The notes: generated by a model not told the origin, from the sequence alone. A DNA stretch of 64,000 bases from Octopus vulgaris (GCA_951406725.2 OX597835.1:28086001-28150000); one strand, 5' to 3'; numbered from the stretch's first letter, positions 1-14,572 are shown. Program-made: numbers and translations.

Positions 1-144
1 TAAGTTTTTCATTGTATGATTTTCCTAATAGTGGTTTTATCTCTAATTTAATATAATATAATATTTTACTATAAAATTAGATTTAATCCTAAATCTGATT
101 TTTCCCTGTAAGTTTGGTTTTATTCACTTCACTAATATTTTATT

Positions 145-176
<32 letters not shown>

Positions 177-1045
177 CATCATCGTCATCATCATTATTTA
201 ATGCCCATTGTCTATGCTGGCATATGTTGGATGGTTTCACCAGGGCTGTTAAGCTGAGGGGCTGCACCAGACTCTAGTCTGATTTGGCATGGTTTCTACT
301 GCTGGATGCCCTTCCTAATGCCGTATATACATGTGTGTCTGTGTGTGTGTATAGCAAGAGAAAGAGAGAGAAAGTCAGGACACATGAGATAACATATTTA
401 GTCCTACATGCAACAAAAAAAAAGAAAGGATGAATCGGTCATGAGTGGAGAGTCTCTAATTGATCGCCTGCACGATCAGGCTTAGGCTAAACAGCTACAA
501 CATGTCATATATAACACAGCTGCTACTGCTGCTGCTACTGCTGCTGCTGCTGCTCCTGTTGCTGTTACTGTTGCTGTGGTTGTTGTCAAGTGTCAGCTGT
601 TGCACTCTCTCTCTGTCGTGAAAAATCTATTGAACTTCTGATTCATTGATTGAATCACAATAACACTAAATATTTTTCCATATCAAATTATCTGAGATTT
701 TATGGTGAAATTGTTTGATTTTTCATTCAGTTTGTGTTTTGTTTTTGTTTGGTAGTTTTTGTTTTTTTTTACTTTTGGTTTCTTTTTTTTTTTTGTAGTT
801 TTTTTTTTTTTTTTAGTTGTTGTTGTTTTTCACTTCTGGTGTTTTGCTGTCAGATATTTTTCTGTGTGTTTAAAAAAAACATTTCAAAAATGTGTGTCCA
901 TCGTGCATTACTTTGGAGATGCCTCGTAAGCTGTTTTACCCAGATTTGTTACGTGTTTCAGCAATCATCGTCATTGTTATCATTGTCGTCATTTTTAACA
1001 TCTACTTTTCCATACTTGTGTGGGTGGTTGAAGCAGAATTTCTAT

Positions 1046-2245
1046 GGCTGGATGCCCTTCCTGTCACCGACCCTCATATGTTCCCAGCAAGGTAACATAC
1101 TTTTCTGCTCTAGGTACAAGACCCAAAATTTTTGGAAAGTGGGGCCAATTGATTAAAGTGACCCCGGTATGCAACTGGCAAGCTGGATGCTCTTCATGTC
1201 ACCCACCCTCATGTGCTCCTAGCAAGGTAATATACTTTTGTAGTCAAGGCACAAAGCCCAAAACTTTTGGAAAATGGGGCCAGTTGATTAGAGCGACCCC
1301 AATACACAACTTGCAGGCTGGATGCCCTTCATGTCACCAACCCTCATGTGTTCCCAGCAAGGTAATATACTTTTCTGCTCTAGGCACAAGGCCCAAAATT
1401 TTTGGGAAGTGGGGCCAGTTGATTAGAGCGACCCCAATACACAACTTGCAGGCTGGATGCCCTTCATGTCACCAACCCTCATGTGTTCGCAGCAAGGTAA
1501 TATACTTTTCTGCTCTAGGCACAAGGCCCAAAATTTTGGGGAAGTGGGGCCAATTGATTAGAGTGACCCTGGTAGCGCAACTGGCAGGCTGGATGCCCTT
1601 CATGTCACCAACCCTCATGTGTTCGCAGCAAGATAATATACTTTTCTGTTCTAGGCACAAGACCCGAAAGTTTTGGAAAGTGAGGCCAGTTGATTAGAGC
1701 GACCCCGGCACACAACTGGCAGGTCAGATGCCCTTCATGTCACCAACCCTCATGTGTTCCCAGCAAGGTAATATACTTTTCTGCTCTAGGCACAAGGCCC
1801 AGAATTTTTGGGAAGTGGGGCCAGTTGATTAGAACGAACCCAGTACGCAGCTGGCAGGCTGGATGCCCTTCATGTCACCGACCTTCATGTGTTCCCAGCA
1901 AGGTAATATACTTTTCTGCTCTAGGCACAAGGCCCAGAATTTTTGGGAAGTGGGGCCAGTTGATTAGAACGAACCCAGTACGCAGCTGGCAGGCTGGATG
2001 CCCTTCATGTCACTGACCTTCATGTGTTCCCACTTTTCTGCTCTAGGTACAAGGCCCGGAATTTTGGGGAAGTTGGGCCAATTGAAGCGACCCTTGTATG
2101 CAATTGGCAGGCTGGATGCCCTTCATCTCACTGACCCTCACGTGTTCCCAGCAAGGTAATATACTTTTCTACTCGAGGCACAAGGCCTGAAACTTTAGGA
2201 AAGTGAGACCAGTTGATTAAAGCAACCTCAGTATGCAACTGGCAC
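1046..2245 (+). repeat. Tandem array, ~9 x 135 bp, chimera of RTE 3'UTR and SINE pieces
   Basis: (g/a)gctggatgc-type unit starts at 1046, 1181, 1316, 1451, 1587, 1722, 1857, 1992, 2110; the array runs into an intact SINE segment (cgaccccgaaaggatgaaaggcaaag) at ~2255. Confidence 0.9.
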
Positions 2246-2384
2246 TTAATTTATCGACCCCGAAAGGATGAAAGGCAAAGTTGACCTTGGTGGAATTTAA
2301 CTTCTCGGTTAACAGAATAATGATTAACACAGTTAACTTTTCGATTAACGGTGCCCACGACCACTAGCCCCCAAAGTTTTTTTT

Positions 2385-2530
2385 ATTCTCTCTCTGTTTA
2401 GTTTCTCGTGTTCCTTTCTGTTGAAGAGCATAGGCTCAAAACGTAAAAGGTTTTCTCATGTTCCCGAGCGTCAAAACTAATACACCTGCTTGTTGTTTAT
2501 ACACCTGTTTTTGTCTTTTGTTTTTCTGTG
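2385..2530 (+). mobile_element. Penelope-like pseudo-LTR remnant with degenerate hammerhead motif
   Basis: ctgttga-agagc-atag-gctc-aaaac...gagcgtc; homologous to 32410-32580 and 35545-35755(-). Confidence 0.5.
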
Positions 2531-2531
2531 A

Positions 2532-2566
<35 letters not shown>

Positions 2567-2649
2567 AAGACCCCCAATAAGCAAAGACTAGCCACACGCT
2601 TGCAACTCAGACTACCAAGAAGTCTGAATCAAACAGCTTTGATCTCTCT

Positions 2650-2689
<40 letters not shown>

Positions 2690-2727
2690 CATTGATAACT
2701 TCTATTGTTACTGTTGCTGCTGTGGCT

Positions 2728-2794
<67 letters not shown>

Positions 2795-3004
2795 CAGCAG
2801 CAGCGTTTGTTCGTTTGTTCGTTTGTTTAGACCCAGGTCAGACTTGATTTTGCAGATCTATGATCAAAAGCACTTCAACCATGCGTATTCAATCGCTTTT
2901 TTCTTTCTGCTTCTTCTTTTTTGGCAGGCATTGCATATTTAAAATTAAGGCAGTGAGCTGGCAGAATCATTAGTACATCACACAAAAAAAAAAAAAAAAT
3001 TCAT

Positions 3005-3107
3005 ATTTCTATTATAACTACTTTTACATCAGGGGTGGTGCGGTTAATGTTATATGTATGAATATGATGTAAAGAAGATTATTGTATTGTCTACTTTGAG
3101 ACAATTG
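3005..3107 (+). pseudogene. nd5: NUMT: mitochondrial nd5 fragment
   Basis: ISIMTTFTSGV...YEYDVKKIIVLSTLSQL in the invertebrate mitochondrial code (AGA=Ser, ATA=Met) matches the ND5 D-x-KKIIALSTLSQL motif; the frame is broken in the middle. Confidence 0.75.
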
Positions 3108-3140
3108 ATAATAATGATGATGATGATGATAATAATCAAT

Positions 3141-3752
3141 CATCATCATCATTTAACGTCCGCTTTCCATGCTAGCATGGGTTGGACGGTTCAACTGGGG
3201 TCTGGGGAGCCCGAAAGCTGCACCAGTCCAGTCAGATCAAGCAGTGTTTCTACAGCTGGATGCCCTTCCTAACGCCAACCACTCCGAGAGTGTAGTGGGC
3301 GATTTTATGTGCCACCGACACAGGTGCCAGATGAGGCTGGCAAACGGCCACGCTCGGATGGTGTTTTTATGTGCCACCGACACAGGTGCCAGACGAGGCT
3401 GGCAGACGGCCACGCTCGGATGGTGTTTTTATGTGCCACCGACACAGGTGCCAGATGAGGCTGGCAAACGGCCACGATCGGATGGTGCTTGTTACGTGCC
3501 CACAGCACGGAGGCGAGTCGATGCGGTACTGGCTACGGCCACGTTCGGATGGTTTTCTTGTGTGCCACGTGCCACCGGCACTGGTACCACAAAGATACAA
3601 ATTCCATTGATGTTCATCTATTTTGATTTGTTTTGATTTTCACTTGCCTCAACAGGTCTTCACAAGTGTCACAAGAAGGAAGGTATGCACAGGTGGACTG
3701 GCTACGTCCCAGGTAGGGGCCATGGGTTATGGCCTGACTAGTCTTGCCGGGT
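3141..3752 (-). mobile_element. RTE-like LINE 3'UTR copy with internal repeats
   Basis: (cat)n tail plus gctggatgcccttcctaacgccaacc, the same 3' end that follows the RTE ORF at 40730-41110. Confidence 0.75.
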
Positions 3753-3753
3753 C

Positions 3754-3808
<55 letters not shown>

Positions 3809-4837
3809 ACGGGGCTCCACCTGCAAGGTTATGCGCTGTTTATCTTGATATGTGACCACCATGTTGCGCATATATGGTTGTGATGCATGTGCCTGGTGTA
3901 CCCTTATCTGACGGCTAGTCATGATGGGTATACTGGTAGTCATGATGGGTATACTGGTAGTCATGATGGGTATACTGGGTTTTGTATATTTTACCCCAGT
4001 GTCACTTTGATGTGTACTAGGCTTGATCTAATCGACTGGCCACCTCCCCCAAAATTTCAGGCCATGTGCCTAGAGTAGAAAAGATTAGAAAGATCCTTCT
4101 GGATCTTTCTGAGTCACATTTGAAGGAATACATTTAGTTTTTTATCTGTCCTGATTCTATCCTTCCAAGTTTTACTGTCATAAATTGCAATAGCCAGAAC
4201 AGGTGGGTGGGGGATACTCTGAAAGGGGTCTCAGGGAGTAGCACCCCTGCCTTCCTGAGCTAGTTTTCCACCACATTTCTTAAAAATCATGGTAGAGGCC
4301 TTGGTCTCGGGACCACTTAAGTTGGGAGTAAGCAAGGGCATGCTCCCTGTAGAAAATCTTGAGCAAAGCACTTCATTTTGACATTGTTCCAGTCCACTCA
4401 ACTGGCAAAAGTGAGTAATCCTGCGTCCTGTCCAGGTGGGGGATATATACAATGTGGAAACCAAGGCATGACTCAAGTAGGTAACCTTTACGTATGTAAC
4501 AAGATGAAGGTCCCAGGAACACTTGAGGGGCGTCAGTCTTATCTTGTTACAATCAATTGTGTCAAAAGGAAAATCAAAACTTCGACTATCTTCAACAGCA
4601 ATAAATAATATTTTTATTTTTGTCTGGATTCACAAATAAAAATATATACACATATATCTTCTTCAGGGCGAACTGGTAGCCAAGGCCATAAAACTATTCA
4701 CAATAGTTAACTTGTGTGAGCCAAAATGCTGTCTCCATTTCCACGTAGAAGGGGGCTTCTCTACGTGCTGGGTTTTCCTTGAGAGAAGGTTGAGTCGTGT
4801 CCTCTCGATAGGGCTGCAGCTTCTAAAAAGGCCGATC

Positions 4838-4958
4838 TAGCGGGAACGCTTTCAGTTTGCAGTTCTCTGCGTATGCGTATGAGGGAACTTCCGGCGGCCT
4901 ACCGGAAGTAATCCAACTCTGTGCATGCGCGCTGAAAACTTCCAAAATAGCGTCACTA
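4838..4958. mobile_element. Small imperfect palindrome (MITE-like)
   Basis: acttccgg (4887-4894) / ccggaagt (4902-4909) core with imperfect outer arms agttctctgcg.../...cgcgctgaaaact. Confidence 0.35.
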
Positions 4959-6692
4959 CACGTAGGTATATCTGTGGAGTGCTCAGCCACTTGCATGCTA
5001 ATTTCACAAGCTGGCTGTTCCATTGATCGGATCAACTGGAACCCTCATCATTGTAACTGACAGAAAAACCAGAACCTGGCCATGAATTTAACACCACAGC
5101 TTCTTACTCCTAAATTTTACAGGCAACCTTTGACGATGGTAGAAAACCCTTCTTCCAAGGTGTCCAACAGTTAGCTTGAACCCCAAATCACAAGACTACG
5201 AAGCAAACTTCTTAACCACATGACTACATCTGTTGGTTACGATGCTAATTATCCAAGTGTTTGCTTTGGCATTGTAACATTCGCAACTATTTGACAGGAA
5301 GTGGCCAATTTATTTTAAGTCTTTTTGTTAGTTTTTTTTTTGGTTTTGTTTTTCGTATCAAATATAATTAAATATAATTTGTAATTAAGATGATGGAATG
5401 TATGTTTTCATTAATTATCTTTCCATAAAAATATTCCATATGATTTTTCTGGCAGACAACCTATCAGTTGCCTGGTGTTATCCAACTCCAGGTCAGCCTG
5501 GTCGAGTGTCTTGTTTTTTATATGTCATCATCATCGTCATCGTCATCAACATCATCATCGTCGTCGTCATCGTCGTCATCATCATCATCATCATCCTCCT
5601 CCTCCTCCTCCTCATCGTCTTCATCATTATCATAATCATTGTTGTTGCTGTCGTTGCCATAGTCATCATCATCATCACCATCATTGTCATCTTCGTCATC
5701 TTCTTCACCACTGCTGCCACTGCTCTCACTTCCTGCCACCTCTCTCACTCTCCACTTACTCCCACTCATCTGCTTGCCACCGCTGTGTGTGTGTGTATGT
5801 TTGTGTTTGTGTTTGTCCACCCAACATCACTTGACAACCGATGCTGGTGTGTTTACGTCCCGTAACTTAGCAGTTCGGCAAAAGAGACCGACAGAATAAG
5901 TACTAGGCTTCCAAAGAATAAGTCCTGGGGTCGATTTGCTTGACTAAAGGCAGTGCTCCAGCATGGCCACAGACACATGACTGAAACAAGTAAAAGAGAA
6001 AAAAGAAAAAAGAAAGAGCAGAGTGAACTGGAGCAATGTGAAATAAAGTATCTTGCTCAAGAACACAACACAGAGTCCAGTCCAAGGTTTGAAATCACTA
6101 CCTCATGACTGTGAGCCAAATGCACTAATCACTGAGCCATGTACCCTCATTTAACCTAGTTAACACATTATTTTGTGGGTTTTTTTTATGTGCATCACCT
6201 CCATCATTGCCCCATTTTTCTTTACTTTCTAGATATTTCCATTTGTTTGAGGAAAATTTAACTGCTACTTCTTGGAGTTCAAGTGACCATATAGTAGCTT
6301 GTTGGCTAGCTCATATATGCGTATGCATGTATGCATAGTTGTATGTATGTATGTGTGAATGTATGTATGTATGTATGTGTGTGTGTATGTACGAATATGC
6401 ACGCCCACACATCAAATTTCTTACATGCATACATACAAACATACATATATCATATATCATGTGTTGTGGATATATATATATATATATATATGTATAACCC
6501 ATGCTAGCATGGAAAACAGACGCTAAACGATGATGATGATGATGATGATGATATATACATATGTGTGTGTATATATATGTATATATATATATAGCATGTA
6601 TACATGTATATATATAAACACACATATATACATATACATACATATATATATATATATATAGATAAGTAGATACATACACATATATATCATAT

Positions 6693-6730
<38 letters not shown>

Positions 6731-6974
6731 AATAGCTACATCTATATTTGCACCCTCAGTAAATATATACAGCATGTATATATATATATATATATATACT
6801 TGTACAGACACATAAACCACCCACCCGACACACAAACACACACACACACACGCATACACATAATGAATGAGAATGTCTTTTAAATTGTTTCTATACTTAA
6901 AATTATCTCAGCCTTTTGTTTTCATTTTGTATATATATATATATGTGTGTGATATGTATATATATATATGTATG

Positions 6975-7032
<58 letters not shown>

Positions 7033-7075
7033 ATGTATGTATATATGTATATGTATATATGTATGTGTGTGTGTA

Positions 7076-7174
<99 letters not shown>

Positions 7175-7597
7175 GTAGGTTTAAATCTCTTTTGCTAGAT
7201 TTATTTAATGTATAGAAAATAAATCTGTGAACTATTGAAAAATATAGATTTCAAAGTAGCAATTTGTGGGGATGCAGGAAAAGAGATGTTAATGTATCAG
7301 ATTCACTGGTGCTGAATACCAATAATTCTTAATTTCCTATTGAACAGAATATAATTAAACATATGGCTTAATCTCTTTCATTCTTATTCCGCCTCGCCTA
7401 CCCTGTTGTATTTTTATTTTTGTTTTTATTTTTAATTTTTGTTTTCATTATTATTCTTTCATTTGCATAGAAATAAAACTTTGCTTTGTTTTTTGTTTTT
7501 TTGTTTTTATTTATTTTATTTTATTTTTGTTTGAAATATTGAAATAGTAATAATGATGATGATAGGAATCAGAATGATGATGATGATGATGATGATG

Positions 7598-7652
<55 letters not shown>

Positions 7653-7744
7653 TAATAATAATAATAATAAAAATAATAATAAAAATAATAATGATAATAA
7701 TGATGATGATGATAACAACAACAACAACAACAACAACAATAATA

Positions 7745-7945
7745 ATAATGTGCCGGTGGCACGTAAAAAGCACCCATTACACACTCTCGGAGTGGTTGGC
7801 ATTAGGAAGGGCATCCAGCTGTAGAAACACTGCCAGATCAGACTGGAGCCTGGTGCAGCCTTCTGGCTTCCCAGATCCCCGGTCGAACCGTCCAACCCAT
7901 GCTAGCATGGAGAACGGATGTTAAACAATGATGATGATGATGATG
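7745..7945 (+). mobile_element. RTE-like 3'UTR copy
   Basis: ggcacgtaaaaagcacc...ggaagggcatccagctgtagaaac...(gat)n tail. Confidence 0.75.
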
Positions 7946-8095
<150 letters not shown>

Positions 8096-8707
8096 GGCTT
8101 CAATTTTTGTCACAAGGCCAGCAATTTCTGGGAAGGGTCTAAGTTGATTGTATTGAACACCACTGCTCTCAACTGGTACTTATTTATTTGACCCTGAAAG
8201 GGTGAAAGGCGAAGCCGACCTATTAATGATAATGGTTTCATGTTTTGGCACAAGGTCAGCAATTTTGGGGAGGGATTAATTTGATTAAATCGATCCCCAG
8301 TGTTCAACTGGTACTTAATTTATTGACCTCGGAGTGATGAAAGGCAAAGTCAACTTCGGCGGCATTTGAAATCAGAATGTAAAGACAGTTGAAATACCGC
8401 TAAACATTTTGCCCAGCACTATAACACACACACACACATATGTACCAGGCAAAATGCTCAGTAGCATTTGATCTGTCTTTACGTTCTGATTTCAAATGAC
8501 AACCGAGGTTGACTTAACCTTTCAACACGGAAATACAGGGGAAAGTTTATTGCTCACATTGATCATTTGCACACATCCTGTACCAAACTGTGGCACCTTG
8601 GGTAAGTATCTTCTACTATAGCTTCGGGCCGACCAAAGCCTTGTGAGTGGATTTGGTAGATGGAAACTGAAAGAAGCTTGTCGTATATATGTATATATAT
8701 ATATATA

Positions 8708-8985
8708 TATCACCGTCACCGTGACCGACCAGGCTATCAGATGTTGCGACACATCACTGGTCACAATGCGCTTCACACTGTTTTAGCCTTTAAATGACGC
8801 CACCCCACTGGCTAAGCGAGCAGGCCAACAGAAGAAAGAGTGAGAGAAAGTTGTGGCGAAAGAGCCGCGTGGAGCTTAAGGTGTTTTCGCTCAATAAACA
8901 CTCACAACGCCCAGTCTGGGAATTGAAACCACAATCCTACAACTGCGAGTCCACTGCCCTAACCACTGGGCCATTGCGCCTCCAC
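8708..8985 (-). mobile_element. tRNA-derived SINE
   Basis: Minus-strand head ggaggcgcaatggcccagtggttagggc...gtttcaattccc with A and B boxes; a 3' piece recurs at ~15700-15760. Confidence 0.7.
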
Positions 8986-9179
8986 ATATATATAAATAGT
9001 TTGGCTGCTTGTTTCTCTGGAGACTGTCAGAATGATGTGGACACCTTTGATGAGAACCCAATAAGATTTTGAAAACTGATTAAGGTTCTTCATTTTTTTT
9101 CAATCTTTGGAGAAGTGGCTAAAATTTTCCCTGTATATAATTATATATATATTACGTGCATATATACATATGCATACAA

Positions 9180-9410
9180 AGGCGGCGAGTTGGCAGATAC
9201 GTTAGCGCGTTGGGCGAAATGCTTAGCAGTATTTCGTCTGTTGTTACGTTCTGAGTTCAAATTCCGCCGAGGTAGACTTTGCCTTTCATCCTTTCGGGAT
9301 CGATAAATAAAGTACCAGTTTCGCACTGGAGTTGATGTAATCGACTTAATCCCTTTGTCTGTCCTTGTTTGTCCCCTCTATGTTTAGCCCCTTGTGGGGC
9401 AATAAAGAAA
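9180..9410 (+). mobile_element. tRNA-derived SINE with Meta-like central domain
   Basis: tggcagatacgttagc (A box), gagttcaaattcc (B box), then gactttgcctttcatcctttcggg...aagtaccag; many fragments elsewhere in the window. Confidence 0.75.
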
Positions 9411-9424
9411 TATATATATATATG

Positions 9425-9800
9425 CATATGCTGGGCCTCACTGAGGAAATGACAAGGGACCGGATGATCTGGCAATTTGCTGTACTTGATAAGGCGTGTC
9501 AATCTAAATTGAACCTCTGTCCTATGCATACAGGCTTGTCCTTTCAGGTGCTGGTGTCCCTTAAAAGGCACCTGTGCCAGTGCTGCATTAACATGCTCAT
9601 GTTGGTGCTGTGTAAACACACATATGCTGGTGACATGTAAAAGGCACCCAGCACCCTCTGTTAAGTGGTTGGCATCAGGAAGGGCATCCAGCTGTAGAAA
9701 CCATAACACAACAGACAGCTGGAGTCAGGACAGCCCCATGTCAAACAGTCCAACCCATGCCAGCATGGAAAGCGAATATTAAATGATGATGATGATGATA
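9425..9800 (+). mobile_element. RTE-like LINE 3' end
   Basis: LGLTEEMTRDRMIWQFAV C-terminal remnant, then 3'UTR and (gat)n. Confidence 0.7.
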
Positions 9801-10136
9801 TATATGACGGACTCTCCTGTCGTTAGACGACATATGAGGGTTTGACAATTTCTTACCGAACAACCTCACAGATGATTTGTTTTATAGTGATCAGATGTTT
9901 GTGTAGACCTAAGCTCACTCCCTCCATCAGATTGACATTACCTGTACAGGTGCAACTGGGTGCCCACATGTCAGATGTTGAAATGATTGCAGAGCAACAT
10001 GAAATAAAGTGCTTTGTTCCAGAACACAATGCAATGCCCGGTCTCGGAATTGAACCCACAATTTTGCAATCGTGAGTGCAACACCCTAACGACTAAGTCA
10101 TGTGCCTTCACATACACACACATATATAAAAATATA

Positions 10137-10228
<92 letters not shown>

Positions 10229-10242
10229 TATACAGTATATAG

Positions 10243-10590
10243 TGAAGGCACATGGCTCAGTGGTTACAGTTTACGATCATGAGGTTGTGAGTTCAATCCT
10301 CAGACCAGGCTGTGTATTGTGTTCTTAAGCAAGACACCTTTGCTCCAATTCACTCAGCTGTAGAAATGAGTTGCGATGTCACTGGTGCCAAGCTGTATCA
10401 GACTTTGCCTTTCCCTTGGTTAGCATCGGTGGCATGGAGAGGAGAAGCTGGTACGCATGGGCAACTGCTGATCTTCCATAAAAATAACCCTAGGTTGTGC
10501 ATTTGCCTGTGAGGTGACTTTCCGCCTAGACTTGTACCCCGGAGGGGAACCTCTTAGGTGCACCCATGGTCATTCATAACCAACAGAGTC
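10243..10590 (+). mobile_element. tRNA-derived SINE (second copy ~33190-33530)
   Basis: tggctcagtggtta...gagttcaatcc head; body shared with 33190-33530. Confidence 0.7.
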
Positions 10591-10629
10591 AAGTCTATAC
10601 AGTATATACATATAAATATATATATATAC

Positions 10630-11030
10630 CAGCGTCACCTTACTGGCACTTGTGCCGGTGCTAGTAGGGTGCCAAGAGCACTATCTGATCGTTGCCAGAA
10701 CAGCCAGCTGGCTTCTGTGCCAGTGGCACGTAAAAGGGGCACCATTCAAGCGTGATCGTTACCAATGTAGCCTTACTGGCACCTGTGCTGGTGGCATGTG
10801 TAAAAAGATTCGAGCAAGGTTGTTGCCAGTACTGCCTGACTGGCCCCTGTGCCAGTGGCACGTAAAAAGCGCCCACTATACTCTCAGAGTGGTTGGCGTT
10901 AGGAAGGGCATCCAGCTGTAGAAACTCTGCCAAATCAAGATTGGAGCCTGGTGCAGCCATCTGGTTCGCCAGCCCTCAGTCAAAATCGTCCAACACATGC
11001 TAGCATGGAAAGCGGACGTTAAATGATATA
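10630..11030 (+). mobile_element. RTE-like 3'UTR copy
   Basis: Repeated ggcacgtaaaaa modules then ggaagggcatccagctgtagaaac. Confidence 0.75.
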
Positions 11031-11597
11031 TATATATATATATATATATACACCTGACAGGTTTCTGTGCAGTTCAGTTTCTAGCAACTTGATTTCGTTC
11101 ACAAGATTATAATTGCTCCCTATAGGTGACAAGACAATACACGTGTCCCAGGTGCCATAAAATAATAGTAGCATCAAACCTTAAACTGTCTGGTCATAAG
11201 GTAAAATTCTTCACCACACAGCCATACCTTTGCATATTTTAATTCCATTTCTCATATTTTATTCCAGTGTTCAGCTTTTTTTCTATTCTTAATTCATGAG
11301 ATAACACCAGTGAGGTTTCACTCTTATTCACTGTTTGTATGGCTTCACTAAAATTTAAACGATAAACAAGAATACTATGTTCCTGCTTCGCTGAATGTGT
11401 TTATCAAACAGCAACATGCGTGGGTGTGTGTTTAAAAAGTTCAGTTTAGGTTCTTCAACCCACCCACTTGGTTTAGGGGTTGATTCCTATTGTGTGGCAA
11501 GTGTCTGCTACTATAGCCACAGAGAAATCAGAGCCTTATAAGTGAATATCTTAGATGAAAGCCCACATATATGGATATATATATATATATATATATA

Positions 11598-12090
11598 TCA
11601 TCATCATCGTTTTACATCTGATTTCGATGCTAGCATGGGTTGGACAGTTCGACCGGGGTCTAGGAAGCCAGGCTCTCCAGTCTAAACTGGCAGTGTTTCT
11701 ACAGCTGGATGCCCTTCCTAATGCCAACCATTCCATGAGTGTAGTGGGTGCTTTTTACGTGCCACCAGCACAGGTGCCAGGGGAGGCTCCAACGGCCATG
11801 ATCGAATGGTGCTTTTTACGTGCCAGTCAAGGTGGCACTGGCATCGGCCACATTTGGATGGTGCTTTTTATGTGCCACCAGCACTGGTGCCAGGGAAGGC
11901 TGGCAACGGCCATGATCGGATGGTGCTTTTTACGTGCCAGTCAAGGTGGCACTGGCATCAGCCACATTTAGATGGTGCTTTTTATGTGCCACCAGCACGG
12001 GTATCACAACTACAATTTCTATTTCTTTTTTATTTTGATGTTGAAGTACTTGACTCAATAGGTCTCCTCAAGCACAGCAGGTCACCCTAT
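11598..12090 (-). mobile_element. RTE-like 3'UTR copy
   Basis: Same family, with internal duplications. Confidence 0.75.
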
Positions 12091-12884
12091 AATGTTGGAG
12101 GGGGACAAACACAGACACACAAACATACACACACACACACACACACATGCATATATACATATATACACATATATACGATAGGCTTCTTTCAGTTTCCATC
12201 TACCAAATCCACTCACAGGGCTTTGATCGGCCCGAGGCTATAATAGAAGACACTTGCCCAAGATGCCATGCAGTGGGACTGAACCTGGAACCATGTGGTT
12301 GGTAAGCAAGCTACTTACCACACAGCCACTCCTACGTCTACGATTATGATTAAATATTTTTAGGAATTGCGTGAAAAATTGTTAAAATGAATATTTTTTT
12401 GTATTGTAGAGGTAATAACCAGCTTATTGCATATAAATTTTAACAACAAAATCTTATATGGACCACCAACGACAAGATGGTATGGTCATATCAGAAGTGT
12501 ATTTGATCAGTGTTGACCTGGCAGAGAGCAACGCAAATAACATAGGATGGTCACAGCTGGAACAACATTAGGTATAAGTAGGCCTTGCTTAAACAGTGAT
12601 GACACAGAAACAAAGAAACAACAACAACAGCAACTACAACAAATGCAGTAGATACTAAATATGCTCCTGTAAAACAAGGTGACTGAATATACCAATTGCA
12701 AGTTTTGGTACAAGGCCAGCAATTTTGGGGGTTGGGGTAAGCCAATTACATCAACCCCAGTACTCAAGTGGGACTTAATTTTTCGACCCCGAAAGGACAA
12801 AAGGCAAAGTCGACCTTGGCGGAATTTGAACTCAGATGGTGAAGACGGACGAAATGCTGCTAAGCATTTAGCCTAGCATTCTTT

Positions 12885-13376
<492 letters not shown>

Positions 13377-13403
13377 AACAATTTACACATTTATCTATCT
13401 TAA

Positions 13404-13527
13404 CCCTTTAGCATTTTAACCAACCACATCCAGCCAAAATATACCTCCTGTTTTATGTTCAAACTGGCCAGATCTAGTCTCTCACACCTACTCTACAATG
13501 CCATTCTAAATATAGACAATAACATTG
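13404..13527. mobile_element. Truncated piggyBac-like MITE
   Basis: ttaa|ccctttagc start; homologous to 51641-51860. Confidence 0.55.
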
Positions 13528-14229
13528 TAGGTGCAGCTTTAAATATAGACAATAACATTGACAGCAGCTTTAAAGAAGCTCGCTAGATGGCGCTAGAGTG
13601 TAAGTTTCTGACACAAGGCCTTATGACTTTCTCAGAACGTAAAGACATGATCTAGTTGGCTCTCTGATGCTACACGTCAACTAGCAGACAGGAAGCAACG
13701 TATGGGAGAAGATCATGGCTTCCACTCATCAACCATTTTCATTTATCATTCAGCCTGTATATATATGTGCAGCTGGCTTTAAAGACATTTAAAGTTACAA
13801 CCTTGTTTCATATATATTCTTTATACCGTGTTCCTGTCAAATGATATTACAGCCTTCTGAAGAGTCATGTTTTCAAAAAAGCCCGCAATTTACATAGATG
13901 TATAAGGGGTGAACATTTTTACATGCTGCGTTGGATACAATGGTTGTTCGCCTGGTATGTTATTTTTGTTCATTCATAATAAAATCTTGAATTTTGCTTG
14001 CACTGAGGAGTAAAGGGTGCATACCACTGCACTGATTACAAAATCACAGGTAATATGCAGCTGAATTCTGTTTTTAAATTACTTGCTTCAAAGAGTTGTA
14101 TTCGGTACAATATGTTTATTTATTTTAGTAGTTTTGACTTTAAGTCCTGGGTCCAATTTGTTTGCCTAAAGGCTGTGCTCCATCATGGCCACTGTCAAAT
14201 GACTGAAACAAGTAAAAGAATAAAACAAT

Positions 14230-14260
<31 letters not shown>

Positions 14261-14432
14261 GGTGAACATAAAAGAGAAAAACAGTGGAAAAAATTGTACT
14301 TGAATACCAAAGGTAGAGTAGTATGCTTTTTATTAAGGGTGCAAACAATCACAGAATTGTTACTCAGTTTCGTGTTCCTGTTCATTGTACAGCTGCGATG
14401 TGCTTTCACCTATCTATCTATCTATCTATCTG

Positions 14433-14469
<37 letters not shown>

Positions 14470-14482
14470 TTATATATCTATC

Positions 14483-14571
<89 letters not shown>

Positions 14572-14572
14572 A

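Noticed and set aside
1044-2016. Multiheme cytochrome c (repeated CPSCH)
   Set aside because: The motif comes from the non-coding RTE/SINE sequence ggatgcccttcatgtcac in a tandem array; eukaryotic repeat context, frameshifted.
9180-9270. tRNA genes at SINE heads (also ~8900-8985, ~10245, ~43428)
   Set aside because: A/B boxes are present but there is no complete cloverleaf, and they continue into SINE bodies.
13599-13850. Solo LTR (tgtaa...ttaca with TATA-like tract)
   Set aside because: No target-site duplication, PBS or PPT found.
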